Part shown: piece by piece, positions 57,601 through 64,000 of the stretch
Position numbering within the stretch: the stretch's first letter is position 1
Layout: each line of letters begins with the position of its first letter
Assembly (NCBI RefSeq): GCF_009914755.1
Contig: NC_060933.1
Length of the DNA stretch: 64,000 nucleotides
Strand: one strand, 5' to 3'
DNA from: the human T2T-CHM13v2.0 reference genome, Homo sapiens
The notes under the pieces: generated by a model
The model's database searches: none
The model's input: only the letters and a program-made list of their open reading frames with translations
What the model was told of the DNA's origin: nothing
Made by a program: the position numbers and the translations under genes

Positions 57601-58289
57601 CAATGGAATGTAATGGAATGGAATGCAATGGAATCAACTCGACTGCAATGGGATGGAATGGAATGGAATGGAAGGGAAAGGAATAGAATGGAATTAACCT
57701 GAACAGAATGGAATGGAATGGAATGGAACGGAATGGAATGGAACGGAATGGAATGGAATGGAATGGAATGAACCCGTGTGCAATGGAATGGAATGGAATG
57801 GAATGGAATGGAATGGGTTCAACTCGAATGGAATGGAAAGGAATGGAATCAACACGAGTGGAATGGCATGGAATGGAATGGAATGGAATGGAATGGAATG
57901 GAATGGAATGGAATGAAATGTAATGTAATGGAATGGAATGGAATCAACCCGAGTGCAGTGTAATGGAATCGAATGGAATGGAATGGAATGGAATGGATTC
58001 AACACGAATGTAATGGAAAGGAATGGAATAAACCCGCGTGCAATGGCATGGAATGGAGTGGAATGGAATGAAATGTAAAGGAATGGAATGGAATAGAATC
58101 AACCCGAGTGCAATGTAATGGAATCGAATGGAATGGAATGGAATGGAATGGATTCAACCAGAATGGAATGGAAAGGAATGGAATAAACCCGAGTGGAATG
58201 GCATGGAATGGAGTGGAATGGAATGGAATGGAATGGTACGGAATAGAATGGAATGGAAGGAAATGGAATGGAATGGAATGGAATGGAAT

Positions 58290-61200
58290 GGAATGGAATG
58301 GAATGAACCCGTGTGCAATAGAATGGAATCGAATGGAATGGAATGGATTGGAATGGATTGAACTCGAATGGAATGGAAAGGAATGGAATCAACCCGAGTG
58401 GAATGGCATGGAATGGAATGGAATGGAATTGAATGGAATGCAATGGAATGGTACGGAATAGAATGGAAAGGAACGAAATGGAATGGAATGAAATGGAACG
58501 GAATGGAATGGAATGGAATGGAATCAACCCGAGTGCAGGGGAATGGAATGGAATTGAAGGCAATGGAATGGAATCATCCGGAATTGAATGGAATGGAATG
58601 GAATCAACTCGATTGCAATGGAATGGAATGGAATGGAATGGAATGGAATGGAATGCAATGGAATTAACCCGAATAGAATGGAATGGAATGGAATGGAAGT
58701 AAATGGAATGGAAGGTAATGAACCCGAGTGCAGGGCAATGGAATGGAATGGAATGGAATGCAATGGAATGGAGTCATCTGGAATGGAAAGGAGAGGAACG
58801 GAATGGAACCAACCCGTGTGCAATGGAATGGAAAGGAATGGAATGGAATGGAATGGAATGGAATGGATTCAACCCGAATGGAATGGAAAGGAAGGGAATC
58901 AACCCAAGTGGAATGGCATGGAATGGAATGGATTCGAATGGAATGGAATGGAATGGTACTGAATAGAATGGAATGGAAGGAAATGGAATAGAATGGAATG
59001 GAATGGAATGCAATCAACCCGAGTGCAATGGAATGGAGTGGAATGGATTGGAATGGAATGGAAACAACCTGAATGGAATGGAATGAAATGGAGTGTAAGG
59101 GAATTGAATACAATCAATCCGAATGTAATGGAATGGAATGGAATGGAACGGAATGGAATGGAATGGAATGGAATGCAGTGGAATGGAATCAAACCTAGTG
59201 CAATGGAATAGAATGGAATGGAATGGAATGGAATGGAATGGAATGGAATGGAATGGAATGGATTCAACCCAAATGGAATGGAAAGCCATGGAATCAACCC
59301 GAGTGGAATGGCATGGAATGGAATGGAATGGAATGGTACGGAATAGAATGCAATGGAACGAAATGGAATGGAATGGAATGGAATGGAATGGAATGGAATG
59401 GAATGGAATGCAATCATTCCGAGTGGAATAGAAGGGAATGAATTCGAGTGGAATGGAAAGGAATGGAATCAACCAGAGTGGAATGGAAGGGAATGGAATG
59501 GAATGGAAACTAATAAAATGGAATGAAAACGAGTGGAATGGAATGGAAAGGACTGGAATGGAATGGAATGGAATGGAATGGAATGGAATGGAATGGAATC
59601 AACTCGATTGCTATGGAATGTAAGGGAATGGAATGGAATGGAATTAACCCGAATAGAATGGAATGGAATGGAATGGAATGGAATGGAATCAACCTGAGTG
59701 CAGGGGAATGGAATGCAATGGAATGCAATGCAATGGAATGGAATGCAATGGAATCAACTAGATTGCAATGGAATGGAATGGAATGGAATGGAATGGAATG
59801 GAATGGAATGGAATGAACCCGTGTGCAATAGAATGGAATCGAATGGAATGGAATGGATTGGAATGGATTGAAGTCGAAAGGAATGGAAAGGAATGGAATC
59901 AACCCGAGTGGAATGGCATGGAATGGAATGGAATGGAATGGAATGGAATGGAATGGAATGGAATGGTACGGAATAGAATGGAAAGGAACGAAATGGAATG
60001 GAATGAAATGGAACGGAATGGAATGGAATGGAATGGAATCAACCCGAGTGCAGGGGAATGGAATGGAATTGAAGGCAATGGAATGGAATCATCCGGAATT
60101 GAATGGAATGGAATGGAATCAACTCGATTGCAATGGAATGGAATGGAATGGAATGGAATGGAATGGAATGGAATTAACCCGAATAGAATGGAATGGAATG
60201 GAATGGAAGTAAATGGAATGGAAGGTAATGAACCCGAGTGCAGGGCAATGGAATGGAATGGAATGGAATGCAATGGAATGGAGTCATCTGGATGGAACGG
60301 AGAGGAACGGAATGGAACCAACCCGTGTGCAATGGAATGGAAAGGAATGGAATGGAATGGAATGGAATGGAATGGAATGGATTCAACCCGAATGGAATGG
60401 AAAGGAAGGGAATCAACCCAACTGGAATGGCATGGAATGGAATGGATTGGAATGGAATGGAATGGAATGGTACCGAATAGAATGGAATGGAAGGAAATGG
60501 AATAGAATGGAATGGAATGGAATGCAATCAACCCGAGTGCAATGGAATGGAGTGGAATGGATTGGAATGGAATGGAAACAACCTGAATGGAATGGAATGA
60601 AATGGAGTGTAAGGGAATTGAATACAATCAATCCGAATGTAATGGAATGGAATGGAATGGAACGGAATGGAATGGAATGGAATGGAATGCAGTGGAATGG
60701 AATCAAACCTAGTGCAATGGAATAGAATGGAATGGAATGGAATGGAATGGAATGGAATGGAATGGAATGGATTCAACCCAAATGGAATGGAAAGCCATGG
60801 AATCAACCCGAGTGGAATGGCATGGAGTGGAATGGAATGGAATGGTACGGAATAGAATGCAATGGAACGAAATGGAATGGAATGGAATGGAATGGAATGG
60901 AATGGAATGGAATGCAATCATTCCGAGTGGAATAGAAGGGAATGAATTCGAGTGGAATGGAAAGGAATGGAATCAACCAGAGTGGAATGGAAGGGAATGG
61001 AATGCAATGGAAACTAATAAAATGGAATGAAAACGAGTGGAATGGAATGGAAAGGACTTGAATGGAATGGAATAGAATGGAATGGAATGGAATGGAATGG
61101 AATGGAATCAACTCGATTGCTATGGAATGTAAGGGAATGGAATGGAATGGAATTAACCCGAATAGAATGGAATGGAATGGAATGGAATGGAATGGAATTG

Positions 61201-61310
61201 AATCAACCTGAGTGCAGGGGAATGGAATGCAATGGAATGCAATGGAATGGAATGGAATGCAATGGAATCAACTAGATTGCAATGGAATGGAATGGAATGG
61301 AATGGAATGG
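58290..61310 (+). repeat. Tandem duplication of a ~1.51-kb unit (copy 1 ~58290-59800, copy 2 ~59800-61310)
   Basis: GAATGAACCCGTGTGCAATA at 58301/59811. GGAAGTAAAT, CAAACCTAGT, GGAAAGCCAT, GAAAACGAGT and CAACTAGATT each recur. ORF pairs 58703/60213 and 59138/60652. Confidence 0.92.
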
Positions 61311-63109
61311 AATGGAAGGGAATGGAATGGATTGGAATTAACCTGAACAGAATGGAATGGAATGGAATGGAATGGAATGCAATGGAATGGAACGGAATGG
61401 AATGGAATGGAATGGAATGGAATCAACCAGAGTGCAGGGGAATGCAATGGAATGGAATGCAATGGAATGGAATCATCCGGAATGGAATTGAATGGAATGG
61501 AATGCAATGGAATGGAATCAATCAACCCGAGTGCAATGCAATGGAGTGTAATGGAATCGAATGGAATGGAAACTACCCGAATGGAATGGAATGTAATGGA
61601 GTGTAAGGGAATTAAAAAGAATCAATCCGAATGTAATGGAATGGAATGGAACGGAATGAAATGGAATGGCATGGAATGGAATGGAATCAACCCGAGTGCA
61701 ATGGAATGGAATTGAACTGAATGGAATGGAAAGGAATGGATTCAACCCGAATGGAATGGAAAGGAATGTAATAAACCCCAGTGGAATGGCATGGAATGGA
61801 ATGAAATGGAGTGGAATGGAATGGAATGGAATGGAATGGTACGGAATAGAATGGAATGGAACGAAATGGAATAGAATGGAATGGAATGGAATGGAATGAA
61901 ACCGTGTGCAATGGAATGGAATGGAATGGAATGGAATGGAATGGAATGGAATGGAATGGGTTCGACTCGAATGGAATGGAATGGAATGGAATCAACCCGA
62001 GTGGAATGGCATGGAATGGAATGGAATGGAATGGAATGGAATGAACCCGTGTGCAATGGAATGGAATGGAATGGAATGGAATGGAATGGAATGGAATGGA
62101 TTCAACTCGAATGGAATGGAAGGGAAAGGAATCAACCCGAGTGGAATGGCATGGAATGGAGTGGAATGGAATGCAACGGAATGGAATGGAATAGAATGGA
62201 ATGGAATGGAATAGTACAGAATAAAATGGAATGGAACGAAATGGAATGGAATGAAATGGAATGGAATGGAATGGAATGGAATGGAATGGAATGGTATGGA
62301 AAGGAATGGAATGGAATGGTACGGAATATAATGGAATGGAACGAAATGGAATGGAATGAAATGGAATGGAATGGAATGGAATCAACCCGAGTGCAGGGGA
62401 ATGGAATGGAATTGAAGGCAATGGAATGGAATCATCCGGAATTGAATGGAATGGAATGGAATCAACTCGATTGCAATGGAATGGAATGGAATGGAATGGA
62501 ATGGAATGGAATGGAATTAACCCGAATAGAATGGAATGGAATGGAATGGAATGGAATGGAATCAACTCGATTTCAATGGAATGGAATGGAATGGAATGGA
62601 ATGGAATTGAATGGAATGGAATGGAATAGAATGGAACGGAATGAAATGGAAAGGAATGGAATGGAATGGAATGGAATGGAATGGAATCAACCCGAGTGCA
62701 GGGGAATGGAATGGAATTGAAGGCAATGGAATGGAATCATCCGGAATGGAATGGAATGGAATGGAATCAACTCGATTGCAATGGAATGGAATGGAATGCA
62801 ATGGAATGGAATGGAATGGAATGGAATGGAATTAATCCGAATAGAATGTAATAGAATGGAATGGAATGGAATGGAAGTAAATGGAATGGAATGGAATGAA
62901 CCCGAGTGCAGGGGAATGGAATGGAATGGAATGGAATGGAATGGAATGGAATGCAGTGGAATGGAATCAAACCTAGTGCAATTGAACGGAATGGAATGGA
63001 ATGGAATGGAATGGAATGGAATGGAATGGATTCAACCCAAATGGAATGGAAAGCAATGGAATCAACCCGAGTGGAATGGCATGGAATGGAATGGAATGGA
63101 ATGGAATGG

Positions 63110-63640
63110 AATGGAATGGAATGGAATGGTACGGAATAAAATGGAATGGAACGAAATGGAATGGAATGGAATGGAATGGAACGGAATGGAATGGAATCAT
63201 TCCGAGTGGAATAGAAGGGAATGAATTCGAGTGGAATGGAAAGGAATGGAATCAACCAGAGTGGAATGGAAGGGAATGGAATGGAATGGAAACTAATAAA
63301 ATGGAATCAACACGAGTGGAATGGAATGGAAAGGACTTGAATGGAATGGAATGGAATGGAATGGAATCAAGTCCATTGCAATGGAATGTAATGGAATGGA
63401 GTGGAATGGAATTAACGCGAATAGAATGGAATGGAATGGAATGGAATGGAATGGAATGGAATGGAATGGAATGGAATCAACCTGAGTGCAGGGGAATGGA
63501 ATGCAATGGAATGCAATGGAACGCAATGGAATGGAATGGAATGGAATGGAATCAAAGCGAGTGCAGGGGAATGGAATGTAATGGAATGCAATGGAATGGA
63601 ATCTTCCGGAATGGAATGGAAAGGAATGGAATCAACCCGA
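63110..63640 (+). repeat. ~0.5-kb block paralogous to ~56600-57130 (offset ~6512)
   Basis: GGTACGGAATAAAAT 56616/63128; GGACTTGAAT; CAAGTC(G/C)ATT 56856/63368. ORF pairs 56781/63293 and 56919/63431. Confidence 0.87.
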
Positions 63641-64000
63641 GTGCAATGGAATGGAGAGGAATGGAATGGAAACTACCCAAATGGAATGGAATGTAATGGA
63701 GTGTAAGGGAATTGAATAGAATCAATCCGAATGTAATGGAATGGAATGGCACGGAATGGAATGGAATGGAATGGAATGCAATGGAATGGAACGGAATGGA
63801 ACGGAATGGAATGGAATGGAAAGGTATGGAATGGAATGGAATGGAATCAACCCGAGTGCAATGGAATGGAGTGGAATGGAATGGAATGGAATGGAACAAC
63901 CCGAATGGAATGGAATGGAATGGAGAGTAAGAGAGTTGAATAGAATCAGTCCGAATGTAATGGAATGGAATGCAACGGAATGGAATGGAATGGAATGGAA

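Larger units (their letters stand above)
1..64000 (+). repeat. Human Satellite III (HSat3) pericentromeric-type array, (GGAAT)n with CAACCCGAGT-family divergent words
   Basis: Continuous GGAAT pentamers end to end, interspersed with the CAACCCGA(G/A)T word that typifies satellite 3. It lacks the CATTCGATTC-dominated pattern of HSat2. Orientation is the same throughout. Confidence 0.98.
56600..64000 (+). repeat. Distinct HSat3 sub-domain with its own word set
   Basis: New words GAACCCGTGTGCAAT, CATTCCGAGTGGAATAGAAGGGAATGAATTCGAGT, CTAATAAAAT, TGAAGGCAAT. The GGAAAGAATGG word is last seen at 56422. Confidence 0.85.

Noticed and set aside
1-64000. All other MEWNG (+) and IPFHS (-) ORFs
   Set aside because: They overlap in all six frames, have no domains, and shift frame with every GGAAT gain or loss. 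They are translation artefacts; similar database entries are typically spurious predictions from satellite DNA.
1-64000. CRISPR-like repeat/spacer array
   Set aside because: The interspersed words are short, highly redundant and separated by variable GGAAT runs. There are no unique spacers, no leader and no cas genes.
1-64000. Strand inversion or Alu/L1/alpha-satellite insertion
   Set aside because: No (ATTCC)n tract on +, no poly-A tail and no non-satellite segment was seen. Isolated CATTCC at 56686 and its copies are single point variants of CGTTCC.
1-64000. A defined SatIII lncRNA gene
   Set aside because: Transcription of the G-rich strand is plausible from established SatIII biology, but no start, end or promoter can be located from sequence alone, so no ncRNA feature is called.
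1-64000. A single regular higher-order repeat (DYZ1-like ~3.5 kb or ~1.8 kb) spanning the window
   Set aside because: Marker offsets are heterogeneous (1.5, 2.0, 4.0, 5.45, 6.5, 8.1 kb and more) and none persists beyond two or three copies.

Overview
The whole 64 kb window is one uninterrupted block of classical human/hominoid Satellite III (HSat3). It is a (GGAAT)n pentamer array with the G-rich strand on +, punctuated by CpG-containing divergent words (CAACCCGAGT, CAACTCGATT, CAACGCGAGT, TAACCCGAAT, CATCCG, CTTCCG). I see no genes, RNA genes, Alu/L1 insertions, CRISPR arrays, unique sequence or strand inversions. Every ORF in the track is an artefact of a stop-free 5-mer repeat (MEWNG / IPFHS). 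I found no evidence of a new protein-coding system. The real content is internal architecture: a fixed order of divergent words with a ~0.85-0.9 kb base period; nested duplications (offsets of 40-180 bp, ~1.5, ~2.0, ~4.0 twice, ~5.45, ~6.5, ~7.5, ~8.1, ~17.4, ~24.9 and ~35.9 kb); a block permutation; roughly 40 canonical three-unit heat-shock elements (GGAAT-CTTCC-GGAAT); register shifts that all run in one direction; and a distinct, ancestral-looking domain after ~56.6 kb. All counts, offsets and boundaries were read by eye from diagnostic variants and are approximate.
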